Source: Abditibacteriaceae bacterium (GTDB lineage: Bacteria; Armatimonadota; Abditibacteriia; Abditibacteriales; Abditibacteriaceae). From it: a DNA stretch of 17,270 nt. Shown here piece by piece: positions 8,250 through 15,579 of this stretch. The stretch is from positions 1 to 17,270 of the forward strand of contig JANPJS010000015.1 of NCBI GenBank assembly GCA_031425655.1, read 5' to 3'. A program made the position numbers and the translations under genes. The notes beneath the pieces were generated by a model, which did no database searches, had not been told where the DNA came from, and worked only from the letters and a program-made list of their open reading frames with translations. Every line of letters starts with the position of its first letter. Position 1 is the stretch's first letter.

Positions 8250-9578
8250 ATGAACCGACGTAATTTCCTCACGACCTCAGCCGTTGCCGGGGCCGGAACC
8301 TTACTTTTGCCGCGCTACGCACAAGCGCAAAAAGGCGCCAACGAAAAGCTGAACATCGCTTTAATCGGCGTTTGGGGACGCGGCGAAGCGCATTACGGCA
8401 ACATAGCGGGGCAAAACGTGGTCGCATTGTGCGACGTGCGCGAAAGCCGCTTTGCGAACGCCTTAAAAGCGTTTCCCAATGCCACGACTTACACCGACTG
8501 GCGCAAGTGTCTCGACCATAAAGGTCTCGATGCCATCGTTATCTGCACCGCCGATCACCATCACGCTTTCATTTCCAACTGGGCCATCAACCGCGATTTG
8601 CACGTTTATTGCGAAAAGCCCCTGGCCATCACCGTCGAAGAAGCGCGCGTAGTGCGCGCCAACTGGATGAAAAAGAAGACCAAACTCGCCACGCAAGTCG
8701 GAATGCAGCGCCACGCCGTTGAGAACTTCAATCGTGTGCGCGAACTGATTCTTGACGGCGCCATCGGCAACCTGACGCACGCTTATGCGTGGGGCAATCG
8801 CCAGATTCGCCGCGCCGGTTATTTGCCCGCCAACGGCACGCCGCCAGCCGATTTTCACTGGGATTTGTGGCTTGGCCCGTCGCCCGAACACCCCTACAAT
8901 CCCGATTATTTCAAAGGCGGCTCCGGCGCGAATTGCCTCGAATGGAATATGTTCTGGGACTTCGGGGCGGGACAAATCGGCGATATGGGCAGCCACACCA
9001 TGGATTTGCTGTGGAATGGCGTAGATGCCGGCATTCCCATCTCAGCCGAAGCCAAAGGCGAAGCGTTCAATCCCGACGTGACGCCCGTCAATTGCGAATC
9101 GCACTTTGAGCATCCCGCCAACGCTTGGCGCGGCCCACTGCGCGTAAGCTGGTATCAGGGAGGCGCCATGCCGCCGTCGCCGCAGGGTTACGTTAACTTG
9201 AACGCGATAGATCACGGCGCGATGTTCAAAGGCTCGAAGGGCCACATCATCTCGACTTTCGATTCGCGCATCGTTCTCCCGTTCGGCGGCAAAGCCGACT
9301 TGACGTATTACAAGCCGCGCACGCCGGACAAAGTGCTGCCGCCGCTCGGCGATTTCATGCAGCAGTGGATTAAGGCCTGCAAAGACCCCAGCCTTAAAAC
9401 CGCTTGCGATTTTGAATACAGCGGCGACATGATCGAGCAAATGCTGCTCGGCTTAGTCGCCTACCGCGCCGGCAAGAAAATCGAATACGACGCGGCCAAA
9501 GGTGTCGTCACAAATGCACCCGAAGCCAACGCGTTCCTGTCCAAACCGTATCGCGCCGGCTGGACGCTGAACGGCTAA
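8250..9578 (+). CDS. Gfo/Idh/MocA-family oxidoreductase with Tat signal (442 aa)
   Basis: RBS aaggag (8235-8240). MNRRNFL twin-arginine motif, LCDV, DHHH, YCEKP, WLGP, GQIGDMGSHTMD. Confidence 0.93.
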   Translation: MNRRNFLTTSAVAGAGTLLLPRYAQAQKGANEKLNIALIGVWGRGEAHYGNIAGQNVVALCDVRESRFANALKAFPNATTYTDWRKCLDHKGLDAIVICTADHHHAFISNWAINRDLHVYCEKPLAITVEEARVVRANWMKKKTKLATQVGMQRHAVENFNRVRELILDGAIGNLTHAYAWGNRQIRRAGYLPANGTPPADFHWDLWLGPSPEHPYNPDYFKGGSGANCLEWNMFWDFGAGQIGDMGSHTMDLLWNGVDAGIPISAEAKGEAFNPDVTPVNCESHFEHPANAWRGPLRVSWYQGGAMPPSPQGYVNLNAIDHGAMFKGSKGHIISTFDSRIVLPFGGKADLTYYKPRTPDKVLPPLGDFMQQWIKACKDPSLKTACDFEYSGDMIEQMLLGLVAYRAGKKIEYDAAKGVVTNAPEANAFLSKPYRAGWTLNG

Positions 9579-9589
9579 ATCTCGTTAAT

Positions 9590-9691
9590 CAAACACAAAG
9601 CACACAAAGGTTTTCACAAAGCACACAAAAGAGAAATAACTCATATCTCGTTTTGTGTGCTTTGTGAAAACCTTTGTGTGCTTTGTGTTTG
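9590..9691. repeat. Perfect 41-bp inverted repeat built from CACAAAG subunits
   Basis: caaacacaaagcacacaaaggttttcacaaagcacacaaaa (9590-9630) is the exact reverse complement of 9651-9691, with a 20-nt spacer. Confidence 0.95.
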
Positions 9692-9707
9692 TAAATCAAG
9701 GAGTCGC

Positions 9708-10436
9708 ATGAATCGCATTATTGGTTTGGCGAGCGTCGTTATTCTGTCGGGGTTTCTTATGCAAAGCAGTCGCGGACAGGGGCCTGCGGTCTCGCCCAAA
9801 GCCTTCATTGACGGTAGCGGCCCGGATTGGCGCACGTTGGGCGAAGCCGATTTCGTCAACGTCAACGGCGACGCCGACACTTGGACTTGGAAAGACGGTT
9901 TGCTGACGTGTTCGGGCAAACCCATCGGCGTGATGCGCTCGCAGCAAAAGTTCACCAACTTTGAATACGTCCTCGAATGGCGCCATTTGCGCGCGGCGGG
10001 CAATTCGGGCACCTTCGTTTGGGTGCCGGACGAGGCGCTCAAAGATTTGAAGCCCAACGCGCTGCCCAATTCCGGCATCGAAGTGCAAATTCTCGATCAC
10101 GGCTACACCGCGCAATACGAAAAAGGCTCCGGCAAAAAAGCCGATTGGTTCACGACCAACGGCGACGTTTTTCCGGTCGGCACCTCAAAACTCAAGCCCT
10201 TTGCCCCGCTTTCGCCCAACGGAGCGCGTAGTTTCCCGCGCAAAAATTTAAGCAAAGGCTTTGGCGAGTGGAATCACTATTACGTGCGCGCCGTCAACGG
10301 CGAAATTCGTCTGTGGGTCAACGGCGAGGAAGTTTCGGGCGGCAACAACGCCGAGCCGCGCACCGGCTATCTCTGCCTCGAAGCCGAAGGCTCGCCGATT
10401 GAATTCAAGAATATTCGCCTGCGCGAACTGCCGTAA
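9708..10436 (+). CDS. DUF1080 (3-keto-disaccharide hydrolase-like) exported protein (242 aa)
   Basis: RBS aaggag (9698-9703) and a signal peptide. Motifs FTNFEYVLEWR, GNSG, GIEVQILD, GEWNHY, VNGEEV, GYLCLEAEGSPIEFKNIRL. Confidence 0.88.
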   Translation: MNRIIGLASVVILSGFLMQSSRGQGPAVSPKAFIDGSGPDWRTLGEADFVNVNGDADTWTWKDGLLTCSGKPIGVMRSQQKFTNFEYVLEWRHLRAAGNSGTFVWVPDEALKDLKPNALPNSGIEVQILDHGYTAQYEKGSGKKADWFTTNGDVFPVGTSKLKPFAPLSPNGARSFPRKNLSKGFGEWNHYYVRAVNGEIRLWVNGEEVSGGNNAEPRTGYLCLEAEGSPIEFKNIRLRELP

Positions 10437-10457
10437 ATTCTGTGACTTCGTGTTCAA

Positions 10458-11915
10458 TCAAATTTGCTGTTGCTGAACAATACAACCCTCAGCGAAAACC
10501 AATTTGTGCGTCAGAAAATCGGGAAAATCGGCTTCGTGGTGGCTGACGAATAAAAAGTGCGTGCCGCGCGCGGCACATTCGACAAAACGCGCTGTTAGAA
10601 ACTCGCGCGCGGCTTCATCAAGGCCGTCGAACGGCTCGTCTAAAATCAAAAGCGGCGGCTGATAAACGAGCGCGCGGGCCAAAAGTATCTTGCGCGCCTC
10701 GCCGGTTGAAAGCCCTTGAAACGGGCGCTCGGCCAAGTGTGAAATCTCCAGCCAATCGAGTAATTCATCAACGCGTGCGGCTTGCTCGTCGCTCATTCGT
10801 TCAATCAAACCCAAACCGACGCTGTGGAAAAAGCCGGAAAAAACCGCTTCGCGCGCTGTGACTTGCTCGTGGTATTTAGCTTGATATTCGTGCGAGACGA
10901 AGCCGATTTTCTCGCGCAATTTCCACAAACCCTCGAAACTCGTCTTGCCGAAGCGATGCACACTTCCGCCGCGTGCGGGCCACAATTCGGCGCTCAGCAG
11001 CTTCAAAAACGTGCTTTTTCCGCTGCCGTTGGCGCCCGAAATCGCCCAGTGCTGGCCCGGCTTCATTTCCCAGTTGATGTCGCGCAAAATCAGTTTTTCA
11101 TCGAGAATCACGTTGGCGCGCTGCACGCGCAGCAGGAACGGCAATTTTGAGTTTTGAGTTTTGAGTTTTGAGTTGAAAAGACGATGAGGTCGGGGAGCAG
11201 GAAGCGCGAGTTCTTCGCTGCGTGCAAAGATGCCAAGCACTTTGCCTTCGTGCAAGTGCAGCACGTTTTGCAGGCAGGGCACGACTTCCTCGCGCCGATG
11301 CGTGCTGCAAACCAGTTGTGTGCCGCTTTGCGCCAGCGTTTCCAGAAAATCGAGCATGGCGCGGCGCGAAAGCGCGTCCAAACCGGCGCAAAACTCATCG
11401 AGAATCAAGACTTTTGGTCGGGAAAGCAGCGCGCGGGCGATAAGCAGGCGGCGCAATTCGCCCTGTGAGATTTGCTGGATACTCGCGTCGAGCAGGCCGC
11501 TGAGATTCAAATGGCGCGCGATGTCTTCGGCTTGATCGCACTGTTCGGCGTTTGGCGAATGATGCAGCAATTCGCTATCGAAAAAGCCGGTGTGCAGCAG
11601 CTTTCGTCCGCTTAATTCCCATTCCTGCCGCCAATATTTCGCTTGATGCTCAAACGAAATAAGAGCAATATTTTCCTTCGCGCGAAATGGGCTAAAAGTT
11701 GGGGCGCCGTCGAAAAAATAAGTGCGAGAGCCGCTATTGTGGTCGGGCCAGAGGTCGCCGCGCAAAATTTTCAATAAGGTGCTTTTGCCGGCGCCGTTGC
11801 CGCCTAAAACGGCCCAGTTTTCGCCGGTTTGCAGCGTCCACGAAATGTCGTCCAAGATGCGTTGCTCGCCGCGCGTCACGGCGATGTTTTCGAGTTGAAT
11901 CAGAACTTCAGGCAC
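10458..11915 (-). CDS. ModF-like ABC ATPase with two nucleotide-binding domains
   Basis: GTG start. NBD1: GGNGAGKST / ISQGE / VLILDE / STH. NBD2: GANGSGKST / LSTGE / LLILDEP / VSHH. No transmembrane segments and no adjacent permease. Confidence 0.88.
   Translation of the reverse strand: MPEVLIQLENIAVTRGEQRILDDISWTLQTGENWAVLGGNGAGKSTLLKILRGDLWPDHNSGSRTYFFDGAPTFSPFRAKENIALISFEHQAKYWRQEWELSGRKLLHTGFFDSELLHHSPNAEQCDQAEDIARHLNLSGLLDASIQQISQGELRRLLIARALLSRPKVLILDEFCAGLDALSRRAMLDFLETLAQSGTQLVCSTHRREEVVPCLQNVLHLHEGKVLGIFARSEELALPAPRPHRLFNSKLKTQNSKLPFLLRVQRANVILDEKLILRDINWEMKPGQHWAISGANGSGKSTFLKLLSAELWPARGGSVHRFGKTSFEGLWKLREKIGFVSHEYQAKYHEQVTAREAVFSGFFHSVGLGLIERMSDEQAARVDELLDWLEISHLAERPFQGLSTGEARKILLARALVYQPPLLILDEPFDGLDEAAREFLTARFVECAARGTHFLFVSHHEADFPDFLTHKLVFAEGCIVQQQQI
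11145..11172. repeat. Heptamer tandem repeat (TTTTGAG)x4 in the inter-domain linker of the ABC ATPase
   Basis: Four exact copies; they encode part of NSKLKTQNSKL on the minus strand. Confidence 0.92.
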
Positions 11916-11963
11916 GAGGTAATTTAACCCGAAAACAAAACGGTCCGCGAAATTGTCGGTAGT

Positions 11964-12083
11964 CCCGATTGAAATCGAGGTCTATCGTTACGAAGTCCCC
12001 TGCCCAGAGGGCGCCCGGCGCGGACTGAGAGTAGAGCCGGCGCAGGCCGGCTTGGTCGCCATAGCTCTCGATTCCAATCTGGG
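11964..12083. repeat. Branched palindromic (REPIN-like) element with the same architecture as 331-449
   Basis: Imperfect outer arms cccgattgaaatcgaggtctat (11964-11985) / atagctctcgattccaatctggg (12061-12083). Inner stems agtcc...ggact (11994-12026) and agccggc-gcag-gccggct (12035-12052). Confidence 0.7.
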
Positions 12084-12089
12084 GGTATG

Positions 12090-12124
12090 AAAACAAAACG
12101 GCCCGCGAAAATTTTCGCGGGCCG
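12090..12124 (-). terminator. Intrinsic terminator of amtB
   Basis: Palindrome cggcccgcgaaaa/ttttcgcgggccg (12099-12124) is followed on the minus strand by ttttgtttt, 17 nt after the amtB stop. Confidence 0.85.
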
Positions 12125-12141
12125 CTTTGCAAACCGTCACT

Positions 12142-13548
12142 TTACGCCGATGAGGCTTCGGCATACGCTTCTTCGCCGTGCAGCGAAATGTCGAGGCCGC
12201 GATCTTCGGCTTCTTCCGAGACGCGCAGGCCCATGACCGCTTTAAGCACCATGCACAGGATGTAGCTCACCACAAAAGTGTAAAGAGCCACAATCACGGC
12301 GACTTTTAACTGGGTGAACACCAATCCCATACCGCCGCCAGCCAGAGGGCCATCCACCATCGCGCTGTTCATGCCGCCGGTTTTGGCGGCAGTGTTGGAA
12401 AATATTCCGGTCAGGATAGCGCCCGTGAAGCCGCCGACGCCGTGGACGGCAAAAGCATCCAGAGAGTCGTCCAGCTTGCTTTTGGCGCGCAACGTCGCCG
12501 AAAGGTAGCAGACAGCCGAGGTAATCATGCCAACGGCCAGTGCGCCCATCGGCGTCACATATCCGCAGGCCGGCGTGATACCGACCAAGCCGGCCACAGC
12601 GCCCGTTCCGGCGCCTAATGCCGTCATTTCTTTCTTGGTAAATTGATCGAGCAGCATCCAGGCGAGCATCGCGCCGGCAGCGCCTAATGTGGTGTTAACG
12701 AAAGCGATGGTCGCCATTGAACCGCTGGCTACTGCCGAGCCGGCGTTGAAGCCATACCAGCCAAACCACAGTATTCCCACCCCTAACAAGCAAAGCGGCA
12801 GGCTATGCGGCAGCATCGCTTGCTTGCCGTAGCCTTTGCGCGGCCCCAGCACCAGACACGCCGCGAGAGCCGCGAAACCAGCGTTGATATGCACAACTGC
12901 GCCGCCTGCGAAGTCCTGTGCGCCCGCCGCATAAGCCCAGCCTTTGGGATACCAGACCCAGTGCGCGACCGGGCAATAAACCAGCAGACCCCACAGCGCC
13001 ATATAAACCAAAAAGGTCGTGAACTTCATGCGCTCGACAAGAGAGCCGGAAATCAGCGCCGGAGTGATGATGAAGAACATCATCTGGAAAACCATGAACA
13101 ATTGATGTGGAATGCCTTGCGGAACGCCGGAGTCCGGGTAAGGCGCCGATGCGCTCACGCCGTTGAGACCCATAAAATCGAAGCCGCCAAAATAAGGGCT
13201 TCCGTTGTTCCCGAAGGCTATCGAGTAGCCGACTACGGCCCAAAGCACAGCTAACACCGCCATCGCGCCATACGACATCAGTAGCGTGTTCAGCACGTTT
13301 TTGCCGCGCACCAAGCCGCCGTAAAAGAAGGCCAAACCCGGCGTCATCAACAACACTAATGCCGAGCAGGCCAGCATCCAGGCGGTGTCGCCGGTATCCG
13401 GCGCCCAGGCTTTGGCCGCTTCCGGAGCGGCGGCTACCGCCGTTGGTGCGGCAGCGTCCTGCGCCAGAGCGTAGGCGCCACACGCCAGCATCGCTCCCAG
13501 CGCGCATGAGGCCATTGTTTTCGCGCGTTTCATCATTGTTTCTCTCAT
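12142..13548 (-). CDS. amtB: Ammonium transporter AmtB (468 aa)
   Basis: RBS ggaga precedes ATG 13548. DTAWML...LMTPGLAFFYGGLVR, FQMMF, AHWVW, DFAGGAVVH (His1), WYGFNAGS, DDSLDAFAVHGVGG (His2), C-terminal GLDISLHGEEAY. N-terminal signal peptide. Confidence 0.97.
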   Translation of the reverse strand: MRETMMKRAKTMASCALGAMLACGAYALAQDAAAPTAVAAAPEAAKAWAPDTGDTAWMLACSALVLLMTPGLAFFYGGLVRGKNVLNTLLMSYGAMAVLAVLWAVVGYSIAFGNNGSPYFGGFDFMGLNGVSASAPYPDSGVPQGIPHQLFMVFQMMFFIITPALISGSLVERMKFTTFLVYMALWGLLVYCPVAHWVWYPKGWAYAAGAQDFAGGAVVHINAGFAALAACLVLGPRKGYGKQAMLPHSLPLCLLGVGILWFGWYGFNAGSAVASGSMATIAFVNTTLGAAGAMLAWMLLDQFTKKEMTALGAGTGAVAGLVGITPACGYVTPMGALAVGMITSAVCYLSATLRAKSKLDDSLDAFAVHGVGGFTGAILTGIFSNTAAKTGGMNSAMVDGPLAGGGMGLVFTQLKVAVIVALYTFVVSYILCMVLKAVMGLRVSEEAEDRGLDISLHGEEAYAEASSA

Positions 13549-13785
13549 CGCGTTTTCTCCCAATCGAAAAATTCGTCCCGCCCGCACGAAAATTCCTGAT
13601 TTTGAGCGCATCGAAGCGCCGCAGGAAAGCCGCCGGAAACTGTCTGGAATTCTAAGCAGGCTTTGTTTCGGCGATATTTCGCCGGTGTAAAAATCCAACG
13701 CGACTGCAAATGCCGACAAAAAAATGGGAAAGAACTGTGATAAAAACAAGCGAAATTAAAGGCTAATCGCGCTGAAAACCGTCCG

Positions 13786-13955
13786 AAGAATCAGTTTGAA
13801 AAGTCTGATAAAGACCATGATAAAGAAGAGCTTGGTCATCCTGAGCTTGCGAAGGATATCAGCCTGATCGAACTCATTACGCCGAGATCCTTCGCAAGCT
13901 CAGGATGACACTCCGCTTACTTTCGGCGGTGATTCAACTTTTCAAACTGATTCTT
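13786..13955. mobile_element. 170-bp MITE-like element with perfect 19-bp terminal inverted repeats
   Basis: aagaatcagtttgaaaagt (13786-13804) / acttttcaaactgattctt (13937-13955). No ORF inside and no clear target duplication. Confidence 0.65.
13835..13909. repeat. REP-like doublet (gtcatcctgag family) nested in the 170-bp element
   Basis: Perfect 23-bp inverted repeat gtcatcctgagcttgcgaaggat (13835-13857) / atccttcgcaagctcaggatgac (13887-13909) with a 29-nt spacer. Confidence 0.9.
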
Positions 13956-13965
13956 AGAATCACTG

Positions 13966-14004
13966 AAAAACAACAACGGCCCGCTGCATCGCAGCGGGCC
14001 GTTG
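13966..14004 (-). terminator. Intrinsic terminator of the small RHH gene
   Basis: 14-bp stem caacggcccgctgc (13974-13987) / gcagcgggccgttg (13991-14004), followed on the minus strand by ttgttttt. Confidence 0.85.
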
Positions 14005-14010
14005 ATTCAA

Positions 14011-14034
14011 GACGCGACAATTGACGCGACAATT
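14011..14034. repeat. 12-bp tandem duplication (gacgcgacaatt)x2
   Basis: Exact copies at 14011-14022 and 14023-14034, abutting the RHH gene stop. Confidence 0.85.
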
Positions 14035-14240
14035 TACTTATCGTCGTCCATGAAGAGGAAATTACGGATTTCCTTGATGTCTTTGCGCTTCACGGCGTCG
14101 GCGAACGCACGCACCAAAGCGCTCTTGTTTTCCAGCCGCACGCCGGTCGCCGCTGCTTTGAGCGACTTGTGAGCGTCTTCGCTCATGCGCACTTGTAAAA
14201 TCCGATCCATTTCCGGCCCCAACGACTTTTCTCTTGCCAT
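14034..14240 (-). CDS. Small (68 aa) ribbon-helix-helix-type DNA-binding protein (CopG/Arc/MetJ-like)
   Basis: GGAGG lies 6 nt before ATG 14240. The sequence has an alternating strand ILQVRM, helix SEDAHKSLKAAA and helix NKSALVRAFADAV. It has its own promoter and terminator. Confidence 0.72.
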   Translation of the reverse strand: MAREKSLGPEMDRILQVRMSEDAHKSLKAAATGVRLENKSALVRAFADAVKRKDIKEIRNFLFMDDDK

Positions 14241-14335
14241 TTCTGGCCTCCCTGACAGTGAATTCAGAGGCAAATGCGAACTTCTTAACTATGCCTGAAT
14301 CAGCATAGTGAGAACACGCCGCCACACACCAAATA

Positions 14336-14363
14336 ATTATAACTGTGCGATGACACGTCGCAA
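14336..14363 (-). promoter_or_regulatory. Sigma70 promoter for the RHH gene, overlapped by an imperfect palindrome
   Basis: Minus strand TTGCGA (14363-14358) - 16 nt - TATAAT (14341-14336). Dyad TAAC-tg-TGCGA-N7-TCGCA-aag-GTTA at 14340-14369. Confidence 0.6.
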
Positions 14364-14399
14364 AGGTTACAAAATGCCTAATGGTCTATCAGCATACAA

Positions 14400-15452
14400 T
14401 CACGGGCTAAAAGCGGTGCTGGCGGCTTGGTAAACATCGGCTGGCACCGGCTCAGCGAACGAGACAATTTTCTCGAAGCGCCGCGTTGCCGGCAGCGTGG
14501 AATTGAGATATTCAAAGCCTCGGCACGGCGTTAGATCGGGCGGATAAGCGGACGCCTTTTTAAGTTCTTCGTCGCCGGTTTCTGCGCTGTCGAAACTCCA
14601 ATTCTGGAACTCAGCGCGCACCGTTTCGGGCGTCATGCGGTCGTGAATAATGACGATGCGCGTGCGTAGCTTTTCCCATTCGGCGGCGGAAAGCGGAGTT
14701 TGCTGCAAAAAGCGGTCGCGGATGGCTTCGCTCAAAACGGCGCTGGCCTGCGACTGGTTGGTTTGGCGCAGCAAGGCCATTTCTTCGTCGGAAAGCTCTT
14801 GTCCCGATTTGGCGGCGAGAGCGCGAATTTCCGTATCCGTCACCATGCCGCGTCCCAGACGCCAATCCATTTCGTCGGCGTAAGCCTTTTCAAATTCGCT
14901 TGAAAAGTTTTCCGGCGCCACTTCCTGATATTCCACGGCGCGCCGCTCGGCGAGATGGCGCTGATACAAAGCTTCGGCGTCGAGTTCGGGCGCGTAGATT
15001 TTGTCGTGGGCGGGCCGGTGTTCCAATTCGTCGCCGTGGCGCGCGTTGGCCGTGGTTAACGAGCCGCCGTCCGCGTAGCGCGTCACGAAATCCATCCAGA
15101 CGCCGGCGATGGGATGCTCATAAACCAGCGACCAGAGATGCTCTTCAGGCCGCGCCAAAGCGCGCACTTTCACGCCCGGCATTTCGGGAATTTCGTAACT
15201 TCCGGCATCTTGAAAGCCCAGTCGCCACAAGCTTTGCAAGAAAGCGTTGGCTTTGGCTTCGTCGTCCCACGCTATCTTTTCACGAGGCTGCAAATGAACC
15301 CGTGCCGGCGTCGGCGCCAGCATTCCCGAACCGGCGATGCGAGCGATTTGCTTCAAGCCTCGCCGCACTCTCCATCCCAGCACCAGCAGCGTCAGCAGGA
15401 AAAACCCGCCTAAAATGCTGACCACAATGCCGAGAGTAGTGAAAAATGTCAT
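14400..15452 (-). CDS. Hypothetical protein with a single N-terminal membrane anchor (about 350 aa)
   Basis: Long ORF. Hydrophobic helix LGIVVSILGGFFLLTLLVLGW is followed by basic RVRRGLK, then a soluble acidic domain. ATG 15452 was chosen over the upstream non-ATG start. Confidence 0.75.
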   Translation of the reverse strand: MTFFTTLGIVVSILGGFFLLTLLVLGWRVRRGLKQIARIAGSGMLAPTPARVHLQPREKIAWDDEAKANAFLQSLWRLGFQDAGSYEIPEMPGVKVRALARPEEHLWSLVYEHPIAGVWMDFVTRYADGGSLTTANARHGDELEHRPAHDKIYAPELDAEALYQRHLAERRAVEYQEVAPENFSSEFEKAYADEMDWRLGRGMVTDTEIRALAAKSGQELSDEEMALLRQTNQSQASAVLSEAIRDRFLQQTPLSAAEWEKLRTRIVIIHDRMTPETVRAEFQNWSFDSAETGDEELKKASAYPPDLTPCRGFEYLNSTLPATRRFEKIVSFAEPVPADVYQAASTAFSP

Positions 15453-15579
15453 GAATTTCCAGTTTATCGCGCAGATTGGGGCCAACGCGCGACAAATGGC
15501 GCGTTGCTCGCTCTAAAAGTCACGAATTATAAACCGCGCAACAAAGACTTACGCGCAAATTTTCCGACAAGGCCAGACC

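Noticed and set aside
9590..9691. CRISPR array
   Set aside because: The repeats here and elsewhere in the window are inverted or short tandem units, not direct repeats with unique spacers, and there are no cas genes.
12342..12350. ccagagggc inside amtB resembling the proposed IS110 target motif
   Set aside because: Only 9 nt match, the flanks diverge, and it lies in coding sequence; this is compatible with chance.
13690..13720. Sigma54 (-24/-12) promoter for amtB
   Set aside because: The minus-strand tcGGcatttgcagtcGC has the wrong GG-to-GC spacing and no TGGCAC-N5-TTGC match.
14034..15452. Toxin-antitoxin pair formed by the RHH protein and the upstream hypothetical gene
   Set aside because: The RHH gene has its own promoter and terminator. 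The neighbour is a 350-aa membrane-anchored protein with no toxin motif that I can recognise.
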